Below, piece after piece: positions 35,701-45,882 of a stretch of 64,000 bases of DNA. The position numbers and the translations under genes were made by a program. Below the pieces are notes generated by a model. It made no database searches. It saw nothing but the letters and a program-made list of their open reading frames with translations, and was not told where the DNA came from. Origin of the DNA: an uncultured Alphaproteobacteria bacterium (lineage in GTDB: Bacteria; Pseudomonadota; Alphaproteobacteria; Rhizobiales; Beijerinckiaceae); contig CAWEAT010000011.1 of the NCBI GenBank assembly GCA_963806935.1, positions 140,347 to 204,346 on the forward strand, in the 5' to 3' direction. Numbering within the stretch: position 1 is the first letter of the stretch; each line of letters begins with the position of its first letter.

Positions 35701-35745
35701 AGCAATATATCCTTTTCGGAAGATAGCCGACTTGTAGTTGCAAAC

Positions 35746-37127
35746 TGAACTGGACCCCATTCGTGGGACCGCGGGGGGTTGGATTTAAGGTGTAATCTCG
35801 CCTGCCCTTGTCCTTCAATAATCAAGCCGCCTGTTGCTGCTTCTGCTTTTGCTGTGGGCATGTGGGCAACGCGTTTGCGTTGTCCAAGCGAAGCGGCATA
35901 TCCACAGCCCTCGCCGCCGCCTCGATTTTGTCCATGCCGGCCCGCCACACCGCCATCGGCATCTGGTTGTTCATCGCCTGGTGCGGGCGTCGAAAATTGT
36001 AAAAACTCATCCAGGAACCGATGCCGGCCCGCGCCTCGCGGCCATCGGCGTAGGCTTTCAGATGCACCTCTTCATACTTGATTGAGCGCCACAGCCGTTC
36101 GATGAAAATGTTGTCCATGAAGCGGCCGCGTCCGTCCATCGAAATTGCGCCGCCAGCCGCCGCGAGCCTGCCGGCGAAAGCCTCGGCGGTGAAAGTGGAG
36201 CCCTGATCGGTATTGAAAATCCGTTCCGAACCGAAGCATCGCCTCCTCCAGCGCCGCCGCGCAGAAGCTCGCATCGTTGGTGTTCGACAGCCGCCATGCC
36301 AGAACCGCCCGGCTTGCCCAGTCGATGATCGCCGCCAGATAGAGGAAGCCGCACGCCATCGGGATAAAGGTCACGTCGGCCGCCCACACGTGGTTCGGCT
36401 CGACAATCTTCAGGCCGCGCAGCAGGTAAGGGTATATCTTGTGCTCGGGCGCGGCTTTGCTCGTGCCAGGGCGTGGAACCAGCGCCTCGATCCCCATCAC
36501 CCGCATCAGCCGCCGCACGCGCTTGCGGTTGACTCCACGGCCTTTCTTGTTGAGTTCGAAGGTCATTCGCCGCGAGCCGTAGAACGGAAGTTCGAGATGC
36601 AGTTCGTCGATCCGGCGCATCACCGCCAGATCGTCCACGCTGGTGACGGGCTTAGGGCGGTAGACCCCCGAGCGCGCCACGCCCACAAGCGCGCATTGAC
36701 GGCGCACCGACAGGTCCTTGCCAGGCCGTTCGACCATCGCTCTTCGATCGGGCGCGCTCATCGCCCTGGCCTCCTGGCCAAGAAATCCCGTTCGACCGTC
36801 AGTTGGCCGATCTTGGCGTAAAGCTTGACCGTCTCGCGCTCGCGCTCCTCCTCGCCATCGCCCGAACCGCTCGCTCCTCGCGCGAACAGGCTCGCGACGT
36901 TGTCAAGAACCTGCTTCTTCCAGGCATAAATCTGGTTAGGATGCACCCCGTGCCGCTTCGCCAGTTCCGGAACCGTCGCATCCTCGCGCAGCGCCTCAAG
37001 CGCAATCTTCGCCTTGAACGCCGCATCAAACTTCTTGCGTGACTTCGTCATGTCTCGCTCCATCGGTTGCGACAGAGCAGGACATTTCACACCCTAGCCT
37101 ATGGTCCTAAATCCGGGGTCCAGCTCA
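35746..37127 (-). mobile_element. IS3-family element, copy 1 (1382 bp), orfB frameshifted
   Basis: IRs TGAACTGGACCCC / GGGGTCCAGCTCA, 3-bp TSD AAC; orfA 36758-37051 (HTH), orfB rve (WAADVT, NTDQGS, ERLWRSIKYE). Confidence 0.92.
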
Positions 37128-37339
37128 AACAGCGCGAGGAAACCAACGCGAGTTTTGCAGTTGCCCGCGCAGGCCGCGCATCTTCTGCAGAGTGCGAACA
37201 CAATAATCTCCAAGCTGTCCCGATGAATTAAGCAAATAACAGTCGCCGGCAGCGAAGACGAGAAGACGGTTGGTCCAGAGCGCGCAGCGCAGCAATGTGT
37301 GACAGGCGCCCAGAGGTCGAGAACCGATGGCACGCCGAG

Positions 37340-37435
37340 TGGCGAGAGCGGCCTTTCGCAGGCGGCCGCGGCTCGGTTGTTTGACACGACGCCGAAGACC
37401 GTCGCGAAGTGGATCGGGTGGTTTGAAGCCGAGGG
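37340..37435 (+). pseudogene. IS481-family N-terminal HTH remnant
   Basis: GLSQAAAARLFDTTPKTVAKWIGWFEAEG, cut by the IS256 end. Confidence 0.6.
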
Positions 37436-37703
37436 GGGAGTGTCAGGAATCTTGTGCGTGGGGCCATAATCGCACCGATGGAGGGCGAGAATGGCGATCA
37501 AGAAGGACACGTTGGATGATCTTCTGGCGGGGCGCGACCCGAAGGCTGTGTTTTCGAAGGACGGTCTTTTCGATGAGCTGAAGAAGGCTTTGGTGGAACG
37601 AGTGCTGAACGCTGAGCTGGACGACCATCTTGACCATGATGCAGCGGAGGGGTCGCGGAACCGTCGCAACGGCTATTCGAAGAAGACGGTCCTGACGGAG
37701 ACG
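37436..37703 (+). mobile_element. IS256-family 5' fragment
   Basis: GGGAGTGTCAGGAATCTTGTG end; MAIKKDTLDDLL...ERVLNAELDDHL...NRRNGYSKKTVLTE then truncated. Confidence 0.8.
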
Positions 37704-38013
37704 GCGGATCCCATTTCTCTACCCGCGGAAGCCATGACGGTGGCCCCCGCGGAATAGGTCGGCAAGCTCTGCATCGCGCAAGGTCCGCTTCGCGCGTTCG
37801 TCTGTGAAGCAATCTCTGGGAGAGCGTCCATGCGGCGTTGCCGTCCGAACAAAAGGAAACTGCGCAAAACCGACATTTCGGTGTCGTTTATTGCGCCTCC
37901 CTCTCCGATAGAATTTGGACGGCGGCTGCCGAAGTCTCCCTCGCCAATGGGTGGTGGATGACCCCGCGACGAAATGGGGGCAATCCTTTGCGCCGCAACT
38001 GAGGCTGAGCGCC

Positions 38014-38348
38014 ATGAGCAACAGCTCCTTCGAGAGCTCCGAACCACAACTTCAAGATCTTTTGGGGGAGCCGATTGTTCGCTTGATCATGCAGGCTGAC
38101 AACGTCGACGAGCGTAGGCTGCGTACCCTTATTGAGCAAACCGCGGCGCGCATAAGAAAATGGGGCGATGTCCCGCGCCTGGCAAAGGACTCCCAGGGGG
38201 ACAAGTCGACGCAATCGGATGACGGTTACCGCCTCGGCGTAGGGATCATGCTGCTCAACAGCCGAGGCAATATCTTTGTCGGCCAGCGAATCGACGTGAA
38301 TGAAGAGGCTTGGCAGATGCCGCAGGGCGGCGTTGAGGAAGGGGAAGC
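38014..38348 (+). pseudogene. RppH-like Nudix hydrolase with N-terminal extension, truncated by IS3
   Basis: [20 protein letters not shown]...[13 protein letters not shown] ends inside the Nudix box at the IS3 IR. Confidence 0.75.
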
Positions 38349-39730
38349 TGAACTGGACCCCATTCGTGGGACCGCGGGGGGTTGGATTTAAGGTGTAATC
38401 TCGCCTGCCCTTGTCCTTCAATAATCAAGCCGCTTGTTGCTGCTTCTGCTTTTGCTGTGGGCATGTGGGCAACGCGTTTGCGTTGTCCAAGCGAAGCGGC
38501 ATATCCACAGCCCTCGCCGCCGCCTCGATTTTGTCCATGCCGGCCCGCCACACCGCCATCGGCATCTGGTTGTTCATCGCCTGGTGCGGGCGTCGAAAAT
38601 TGTAAAAACTCATCCAGGAACCGATGCCGGCCCGCGCCTCGCGGCCATCGGCGTAGGCTTTCAGATGCACCTCTTCATACTTGATTGAGCGCCACAGCCG
38701 TTCGATGAAAATGTTGTCCATGAAGCGGCCGCGTCCGTCCATCGAAATTGCGACGCCAGCCGCCGCGAGCCTGCCGGCGAAAGCCTCGGCGGTGAAAGTG
38801 GAGCCCTGATCGGTATTGAAAATCCGTTCCGAACCGAAGCATCGCCTCCTCCAGCGCCGCCGCGCAGAAGCTCGCATCGTTGGTGTTCGACAGCCGCCAT
38901 GCCAGAACCGCCCGGCTTGCCCAGTCGATGATCGCCGCCAGATAGAGGAAGCCGCACGCCATCGGGATAAAGGTCACGTCGGCCGCCCACACGTGGTTCG
39001 GCTCGACAATCTTCAGGCCGCGCAGCAGGTAAGGGTATATCTTGTGCTCGGGCGCGGCTTTGCTCGTGCCAGGGCGTGGAACCAGCGCCTCGATCCCCAT
39101 CACCCGCATCAGCCGCCGCACGCGCTTGCGGTTGACTCCACGGCCTTTCTTGTTGAGTTCGAAGGTCATTCGCCGCGAGCCGTAGAACGGAAGTTCGAGA
39201 TGCAGTTCGTCGATCCGGCGCATCACCGCCAGATCGTCCACGCTGGTGACGGGCTTAGGGCGGTAGACCCCCGAGCGCGCCACGCCCACAAGCGCGCATT
39301 GACGGCGCACCGACAGGTCCTTGCCAGGCCGTTCGACCATCGCTCTTCGATCGGGCGCGCTCATCGCCCTGGCCTCCTGGCCAAGAAATCCCGTTCGACC
39401 GTCAGTTGGCCGATCTTGGCGTAAAGCTTGACCGTCTCGCGCTCGCGCTCCTCCTCGCCATCGCCCGAACCGCTCGCTCCTCGCGCGAACAGGCTCGCGA
39501 CGTTGTCAAGAACCTGCTTCTTCCAGGCATAAATCTGGTTAGGATGCACCCCGTGCCGCTTCGCCAGTTCCGGAACCGTCGCATCCTCGCGCAGCGCCTC
39601 AAGCGCAATCTTCGCCTTGAACGCCGCATCAAACTTCTTGCGTGACTTCGTCATGTCTCGCTCCATCGGTTGCGACAGAGCAGGACATTTCACACCCTAG
39701 CCTATGGTCCTAAATCCGGGGTCCAGCTCA
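38349..39730 (-). mobile_element. IS3-family element, copy 2 (1382 bp), no matching TSD
   Basis: Same IRs and ORFs as copy 1; flanks AGC versus TCG; differs from copy 1 at two positions seen. Confidence 0.92.
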
Positions 39731-39749
39731 TCGACCACGACCGCCGACA

Positions 39750-40130
39750 TCAAGAAACTTGAGCGGCGCGGGAGGGTTTGACGTCGCAGAACGACCTATA
39801 GAGCACGTCGATAACGGCGCGCACCTTATCGTTGGCGATGCTGTAATAGATCGTCTTGCCGTCGCGGCGCGCGGCGACGAGGCCTTCGAGACGCAACCGC
39901 GCCAACTGCTGGGACACCGTCGACTGGCGCAACGATAGGAACTCTTCCAACTTGCCGACGGACTTTTCGCCCTCCAGCAAATTGCACAGAATTAGGAGCC
40001 GCGACTCATGGGCCAGCGCCTTGAGAAACTCGCTAGCTTCGCGGGCGCTCTCGGCCATCTGTTCGATGTCCATTGTGTGTTGCATCGGCTCGAGCGGCTT
40101 CGCGAGGGCCATGGGATGATCACCGTTCAT
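39750..40130 (-). CDS. ArsR/SmtB regulator, SqrR/BigR-like persulfide sensor
   Basis: LKALAHESRLLILCNL...VSQQLARLR.EGLV..RRDGKTIYY...YRSFC; Cys pair matches SqrR/BigR positions. Confidence 0.85.
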   Translation of the reverse strand: MNGDHPMALAKPLEPMQHTMDIEQMAESAREASEFLKALAHESRLLILCNLLEGEKSVGKLEEFLSLRQSTVSQQLARLRLEGLVAARRDGKTIYYSIANDKVRAVIDVLYRSFCDVKPSRAAQVS

Positions 40131-40212
40131 TTTCGTATATGAGAATATCCTACTGTCGATAAATCGGCAATCCTATGGAAGCCCCTGGCGCTCGATGGGG
40201 AAGCCCTCAAAC

Positions 40213-41364
40213 TCATCGGGCGGCAAGCAGCCACAGGAGCGGAACGACGAACATCATTGCCGTCGTGCTCAGCACAACCAACATGTGCCTCGGCCCGACG
40301 CGGAGAAGCGCTCCTAGCGACGTGTTCAAACCAAGGGCTGCGATCGCGATCAGCAGACCCCACCGCGACGCCTCGACCAGGGCGGACTTCACCGGCAGCG
40401 CAATGAGGTCGAGCGAGTTGATGACAACGAAAGCCAGGAACATGATAGCAAAGACGGGGACCGGAACCTTGGCGTTGTGCGAATCGCCGCCTTGCGAGGA
40501 GAACCACCAGCCGACCCCGAGCACCACAGGCAGCAACATGAAGACGCGGAACAACTTGACGATCGTCGCGACGTTTCCTGCGGTGTCGGAAACGGCATAA
40601 CCCGCGCCGACGACCTGAGCGACGTCGTGGATCGACGCGCCAAGGAATATGCCGGTTGTGCGCTGATCGAATCCGAGAGCCATGCAGATCGGCGGGTAGA
40701 CGACCATCGCGACAGTCGCCAGGATATTGACGGTGATGGCGACGAAAACGGTGTCGGATTCGCGGTCCTTATAATGGGGCAGAACGGAAGCTGCCGCCAA
40801 CGCGGCCGAAGCGCCGCAGACGGCCGTCGCGGCCCCCGCCAGGGCGCCATAAAGATCGCCGCGGCCGAACAGACGCGCGAACAGAACGCCGGAGACGAGA
40901 GTGACCGCCATCGCGACCACGACCATGACCGCCGTTCCGACGCCCAGGCCAATGATGTCGGCAAGAGCGATTTTCAGGCCAAACGACGCGATCGCCCAGC
41001 GCAGGATTTTCTTGATGGCGAAGGTCGTGCCGACGGTGAACGCCGGCCGGTCCGCGACCGGATGCAGGACCACGCCGATCAGAAGCGCGATGACCGGCGC
41101 CGTGATCGTGATTTTCCTGCCGACGATCGCTAACGCGAACTTAGTCGTCATCGGCTCGATCTGGACGGCCAGAAGCGCGAGCGCGCCCGCCAAAATCAGC
41201 CCGGGCGCGAGTTTGGCGAGGAAGCCGAAGGAGTCCGCCGCGCTGATCCAACCGACAGACCGGCTCGCCGTGGCTTGCTTTAATCGGATCCCACCGGCAG
41301 GGTCGGGAAGGCTGTCGCGCATCGGCTTCGTTCGTTCTGACGACATTCGAATTTTGACCCCCAA
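40213..41364 (-). CDS. YeiH/UPF0324 putative sulfate exporter family membrane protein
   Basis: ATAVCGASAA, GASIHDVAQVVGAG, ATIVKLFRV, multiple TM helices; start uncertain. Confidence 0.85.
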   Translation of the reverse strand: MGVKIRMSSERTKPMRDSLPDPAGGIRLKQATASRSVGWISAADSFGFLAKLAPGLILAGALALLAVQIEPMTTKFALAIVGRKITITAPVIALLIGVVLHPVADRPAFTVGTTFAIKKILRWAIASFGLKIALADIIGLGVGTAVMVVVAMAVTLVSGVLFARLFGRGDLYGALAGAATAVCGASAALAAASVLPHYKDRESDTVFVAITVNILATVAMVVYPPICMALGFDQRTTGIFLGASIHDVAQVVGAGYAVSDTAGNVATIVKLFRVFMLLPVVLGVGWWFSSQGGDSHNAKVPVPVFAIMFLAFVVINSLDLIALPVKSALVEASRWGLLIAIAALGLNTSLGALLRVGPRHMLVVLSTTAMMFVVPLLWLLAAR

Positions 41365-42035
41365 CGAGGACGCCGACCAAGCCGGGCGACCGCTGCGACG
41401 CTACGGTCCGTTCATATAGTCACATTCGATTATTAGTATTTTTTGCTTGATGCGTCTACCCCTGAGAAAACCAGAGCATTCAAGACGCCGCAGTTCTCGG
41501 CGCCCCCGACTGGCGGCGGATCGTCCCGACGAGCAAATGTCTTACGCGCCACATCGATCGACCTGATCGAAGGCCGTCCGGAGGATTTGCTGACATGGTC
41601 TGATGCCGCATCCCTTGTCAGGTTGGCCGCGCGACAAGTCGGCGCGATGCGGAATCCTCGCCGCTGATCTTCTTTCGATCCCCCGAGCCTGCAACGATCA
41701 GGCACCTTGCGCGGCCGGCCTATGCGGGCGTTCCGCTCACCCATCGCGACCATGCGCTGGCCCGCGTCTTCCCGAAATATGGAATACGCGTCTCACGACC
41801 TCGAGAGAACAGAAGGGTTTTTACGGCCTCTTCCTCCTGGATCCCTCGAAGCCCGGCGGACGGATCGCCAGCCTACGGAAAAGTCGGAGAAGGACGGCTA
41901 CGGTTAGGGCGCGCGCAGAAATTTTCACGCGACATTTCATCACAGGGGCTTGACCAGAGGTTGTAACGATATATTCGACTATGATAATGCAATCAGGAAA
42001 GTCCGCCAACGGTGCGACCGAGGGAGGGTTATGTC

Positions 42036-42536
42036 ATGTCGTCCGTCGAATCCGCCAACGCCAAGACGATGACGATTATCGTCACGAAAGGCTCGCTCGA
42101 CTGGGCGTATCCGCCCTTCATCCTTGCGACAACGGCTGCCGCGATGGGCGTCGACGTCACCATGTTCTTCACCTTTTATGGTTTGCCCCTGCTGCTCAAG
42201 AAGCTCGATCTGCAGGTGACGCCGCTCGGGAATCCGGCGATGAAAATGCCGATGATGGGCATGCACATGGCGATGCCGAACCTCGTCGGCATGTTGCCCG
42301 GAGTGACCGCGGGCGCGACGACAATGATGAAGAATCTCATCGCAAGGAAAGGCGTCGCCTCGATCGAGGATCTGCGCGAAGCCGCCATCGAATCAGACGT
42401 CAAGATGATCGCCTGCCAAATGACGATGGACCTGTTTGAATACAAGCTCGAAGACATGATCGAGGGACCGACCCTCGGCGGCGCCGCAACCTACCTGGAA
42501 AATGCGCTGAAGTCCGACATCAATCTCTTCATTTGA
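42036..42536 (+). CDS. DsrE/DsrF/DrsH-like (DsrE2/3-type) sulfurtransferase
   Basis: TKGSLDWAYPPFILATTAAAMG...FFTFYGL...IACQMTMDLF...GGAATYL. Confidence 0.88.
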   Translation: MSSVESANAKTMTIIVTKGSLDWAYPPFILATTAAAMGVDVTMFFTFYGLPLLLKKLDLQVTPLGNPAMKMPMMGMHMAMPNLVGMLPGVTAGATTMMKNLIARKGVASIEDLREAAIESDVKMIACQMTMDLFEYKLEDMIEGPTLGGAATYLENALKSDINLFI

Positions 42537-42589
42537 TCGCCGCAGGGTCCGTGGAGCCGCGGGACCAAAACATCGGAAGAAAGGATCTC

Positions 42590-42817
42590 ATGGCTGAACA
42601 TCTTCTCGACGCGAAGGGGCTCAACTGCCCGCTGCCGATTCTCAAAGCCAAAAAGGCGCTAAAGGATTTGGCCACCGGCGAAATGCTGCGCATTCTGGCT
42701 ACCGATCCCGGCGCCGCCGCGGATTTCCAGGCTTTTTGCCGCACGACCGGCAACGAGCTGGTGGAGTCGAAGCAGGACGGCGGCGCCTATAGTTTTCTTA
42801 TCAAGCGACTGGCGTAA
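42590..42817 (+). CDS. tusA: TusA-family sulfur carrier
   Basis: LDAKGLNCPLPILK, ATDPG..ADF.AFC. Confidence 0.92.
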   Translation: MAEHLLDAKGLNCPLPILKAKKALKDLATGEMLRILATDPGAAADFQAFCRTTGNELVESKQDGGAYSFLIKRLA

Positions 42818-42897
42818 AGCGTCGAACGAGAAGCGAGGGCGACGATCGGCTCTACCCATCGCTTGGGTTTGCGCCGGCATTACCAGGAGAAACAAAA

Positions 42898-43677
42898 TTG
42901 AAAACGACGGAAATCGGGCGACGTTCGGCTCTTTTGTCGATGGGGCTGGGCCTGGCGGCCGGCGCATCGAGTTTCGTCACCGAAGCGAGCGCTGGCGAGA
43001 CGATGACGCTGCCCAGCAGCGCCGACACGCTCGCGGAGCTTGCCGCGCGCCTCGCCAAAGCGCCGCGACGACGCGACTTCAAGACCGTGCCGATGATCCT
43101 CACCTCTCCCGACGCGTGGGACCATGAGGCGATCGGCGAGGTGCTCGCCTATCGCGGCGCACCGAAGCAGGTGTTTGACAACGTCGACATTGCGGGCCCC
43201 TGGCTCAATCTGATGCGCAATTCGTCGAACGCTCAGGTGTGGGCGTTCCAGCATCCGAATTTCCTCTGCGTTTCCGCGACCCACGCAACCGCGCATCTCG
43301 CCCTGCTCGATCAGGCGATGTGGGACAAGTATCAGCTCGTGAAGCTCGCGAAAATCGACCGCAACACGTTTATCGTGGAGCAGAAAGCGGCCGAAGCGGA
43401 CGCCAGCGACTTCCAAAATCCGGATGGCGTGTTCTCCGGACACAACAATTCCATTCCCGCGCTGCAACGGCGCGGCGTCGTCTTCATGGGTTGCCATAAC
43501 TCGATCTGGGAAGTGACCGAGAAGCTGATGGGCGCGCACGTCAATCCCGACAAGCTGTCGCACGAAGCGATGGCGGCCGAGCTTACCAATCATCTTATCC
43601 CCGGGGTCGTGCTGACTCCGGGAATGGTCGGAACGTTGCCCGAGTTGGCGACGGCCGGCTTCTCCTTCGCGAAATAA
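42898..43677 (+). CDS. Tat-exported DsrE-like protein of unknown function
   Basis: GRRSALL twin-arginine signal; GVVFMGCHNS Cys motif resembling the DsrE fold. Confidence 0.65.
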   Translation: MKTTEIGRRSALLSMGLGLAAGASSFVTEASAGETMTLPSSADTLAELAARLAKAPRRRDFKTVPMILTSPDAWDHEAIGEVLAYRGAPKQVFDNVDIAGPWLNLMRNSSNAQVWAFQHPNFLCVSATHATAHLALLDQAMWDKYQLVKLAKIDRNTFIVEQKAAEADASDFQNPDGVFSGHNNSIPALQRRGVVFMGCHNSIWEVTEKLMGAHVNPDKLSHEAMAAELTNHLIPGVVLTPGMVGTLPELATAGFSFAK

Positions 43678-43687
43678 GAGCGACGCG

Positions 43688-44683
43688 ATGCTAGGTGCTT
43701 GCGGGCGGGCGGTATTCGCCGCGCTGTTGGGACTTTCCGTCGGCGTCGCCGGGTCGGCGCACGCTGGGACCGCGCCCACGCCAGTGGAAAGGCCCGACCT
43801 CTATCCGCCATGGCGACACGGCGAAAATAGCGACGTCGCCGACAAGGGTCTTGAGTTTACCGAGCCGGAGATCGACGATCTGGCCGATTTCCATGGCGAT
43901 CCGATGGATCCCAGGCTCTCGCTCTTCGTCGGCGGCAATTACTTCTTCGCCATGGCGCCGCTGGTGCGCAAGTTCGAGGAACTGCATCCAGAATTCAAAG
44001 GCAGGATTTACTGGGAAACGATCCCGCCAGGCTTGCTTGTCAAGCAGATTCAGTCCGGCGGCACAATCACTTCAGGCAACATGACCTGGACGGTGAAGGC
44101 CGACGCCTATTTCGCCGGCTTCAACAAGGTCAAACAACTGGTGTCCGACGGACTGCTGATCGGTCCACCCACGCCTTACGTCACGAATACGCTGACGATC
44201 ATGATCCCGAAGGCCAATCCGGCGCATGTCACGGGGCTTGCCGATCTCGGGAAGCCGGACGTCAAGCTTGTCATGCCCAATCCGGCCTACGAGGGCATCG
44301 CACGTCAGATCAAGGCGGCGCTGACCAAGGCCGGCGGCGAGTCGCTCGCGAAAGCCGTCTACGACGACAAGGTCGCGAACGGGACGGCGATACTCACCCA
44401 TATCCACCACCGCCAGACGCCGCTCTATCTCATGCTGGGCCGCGCCGACGCGGGCGTCACATGGCAATCCGAAGCGGTCTTTCAGGAAGAGGCGGGTCAC
44501 CCGATCTCGCACGTCGACATCCCGGACGCGCAAAACAACACAGCGATCTATGCGGGCGCCGTTCTCGCCAGCGCCCCGCATCCCGACGCGGCCAAGCTGT
44601 GGCTCGATTTCATCCGCTCGGCAGACGGCCTGAAGATTTTCGAGCACTACGGGTTCAAGCCGTATCAGGGGAATGGCGGCTAA
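43688..44683 (+). CDS. ModA-like periplasmic oxyanion-binding protein
   Basis: Signal peptide, NTLTIMIPKANP..VTGLADL..PDV..MPNP, GRADAGVTWQSEA, IFEHYGF. Confidence 0.8.
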   Translation: MLGACGRAVFAALLGLSVGVAGSAHAGTAPTPVERPDLYPPWRHGENSDVADKGLEFTEPEIDDLADFHGDPMDPRLSLFVGGNYFFAMAPLVRKFEELHPEFKGRIYWETIPPGLLVKQIQSGGTITSGNMTWTVKADAYFAGFNKVKQLVSDGLLIGPPTPYVTNTLTIMIPKANPAHVTGLADLGKPDVKLVMPNPAYEGIARQIKAALTKAGGESLAKAVYDDKVANGTAILTHIHHRQTPLYLMLGRADAGVTWQSEAVFQEEAGHPISHVDIPDAQNNTAIYAGAVLASAPHPDAAKLWLDFIRSADGLKIFEHYGFKPYQGNGG

Positions 44684-44739
44684 TCAAGGACCGTAGCCCT
44701 CCTTCGCGTTGAAGGAGCGCTCATACGAGGGAGCGAACG

Positions 44740-45309
44740 ATGTCGTCGATGGCTGAGCCGATCGTCCGAAGGTCCGCGGCGGCGCGGCGGATCGACTTCT
44801 CGCCCTATCTCGTTGGCGTCGGGCTCGGCGTTCTCAGCTGGATCGCCTTCGCCGTCGCGAAGGACCCGCTCGGCGTCACCACGGCGATGTCGCGCGTCGC
44901 GCAGCCAATCGCGGCGATTTTTATTGCGCCGGAAGCGGCGGCGAAAAACGCCTATTGGGCGCCGATGCCCTTCTCTTGGGATTATGGCGTCCTGTTCCTG
45001 GTCGGCGCCCTTGGCGGCGCCCTCTTCGGCTCATTGATGGCGGGGACGTCCCGCATCGAACTCGTGCCGCGGTTCTGGCGCGAACGCTTCGGCGGCTCGG
45101 TCCCGAAGCGCTTCGCGGCCGCATTCCTCGCCGGCGCCGCGATCATGTATGGCGCAAGGCTCGCAGGCGGCTGCAGCAGCGGTCACGGCCTTTCAGGCGG
45201 GATGCAGCTGGCGCTCTCGAGCTGGGTGTTCCTCCTCGTGATGGTTGCGAGCGCGCTGGCTGCCTCGGCGCTGGTGTTTGGACGTGGACCGACAGGAGCG
45301 CGCCGATAA
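44740..45309 (+). CDS. YeeE/YedE sulfur-compound transporter subunit 1
   Basis: PLGVTT, FLVGALGGA, YGARLAGGCSSGHGLSG. Confidence 0.85.
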   Translation: MSSMAEPIVRRSAAARRIDFSPYLVGVGLGVLSWIAFAVAKDPLGVTTAMSRVAQPIAAIFIAPEAAAKNAYWAPMPFSWDYGVLFLVGALGGALFGSLMAGTSRIELVPRFWRERFGGSVPKRFAAAFLAGAAIMYGARLAGGCSSGHGLSGGMQLALSSWVFLLVMVASALAASALVFGRGPTGARR

Positions 45310-45848
45310 TTGCGGGCAGCGCCGCCACGGGATTTGCATTCGGATGGCTCTTGCAACGCGCCAGACTGACGGACTGCAACGTCGTAGAAGGCCAGTTTCG
45401 CCTTACTGACTTCACCATGATCAAGGTGATGCTGTCTGCGATCATCATCGGCGGGCTCGGCGTCCTTGCATTGATCGATTTAGGCGACGCAAAATACTAC
45501 ATCAAGGACGCCAACCTGCTTGCGGTGGCGCTCGGCGCCGCCCTGTTCGGATTCGCCCTGGTATTCTGGGGTTATTGCCCCGGCACGGGCCTGGCGTCCG
45601 TGGCGACGGGCAGCGTGCACGGACTCGTCGGCGTGATCGGCATGGCGTTCGGCGCGATCCTCTACGCGCTCACCTACGATTGGGTCAAAGCGCGCATCCT
45701 CCCGGTCGCGGCCTATGGGAAGGTCCGAATCCCGGACATCACCGGCATCCCCGATATCGTTTGGTTTCTGGCCCTCGCAGTCGCGTCGGTCGCATTGTTC
45801 TACTGGGTTGAAAGGCCAGAATCCGAACGGTTTTCACGGGACACGTAA
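45306..45848 (+). CDS. YeeE/YedE sulfur-compound transporter subunit 2 (start codon unclear)
   Basis: GFAFGWLLQRA, LFGFALVFWGYCPGTGLAS; ATA/ATT where an overlapping ATG would be expected. Confidence 0.8.
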   Translation: MIAGSAATGFAFGWLLQRARLTDCNVVEGQFRLTDFTMIKVMLSAIIIGGLGVLALIDLGDAKYYIKDANLLAVALGAALFGFALVFWGYCPGTGLASVATGSVHGLVGVIGMAFGAILYALTYDWVKARILPVAAYGKVRIPDITGIPDIVWFLALAVASVALFYWVERPESERFSRDT

Positions 45849-45882
45849 CAGAGCGGTCAAAGAACCGGGCGAAGGGGGACCC

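Noticed and set aside
41440-41950. Possible decayed LysR (YeiE-like) gene divergent from yeiH
   Set aside because: Only a faint IDLIEGRPEDL resemblance; no HTH or continuous frame
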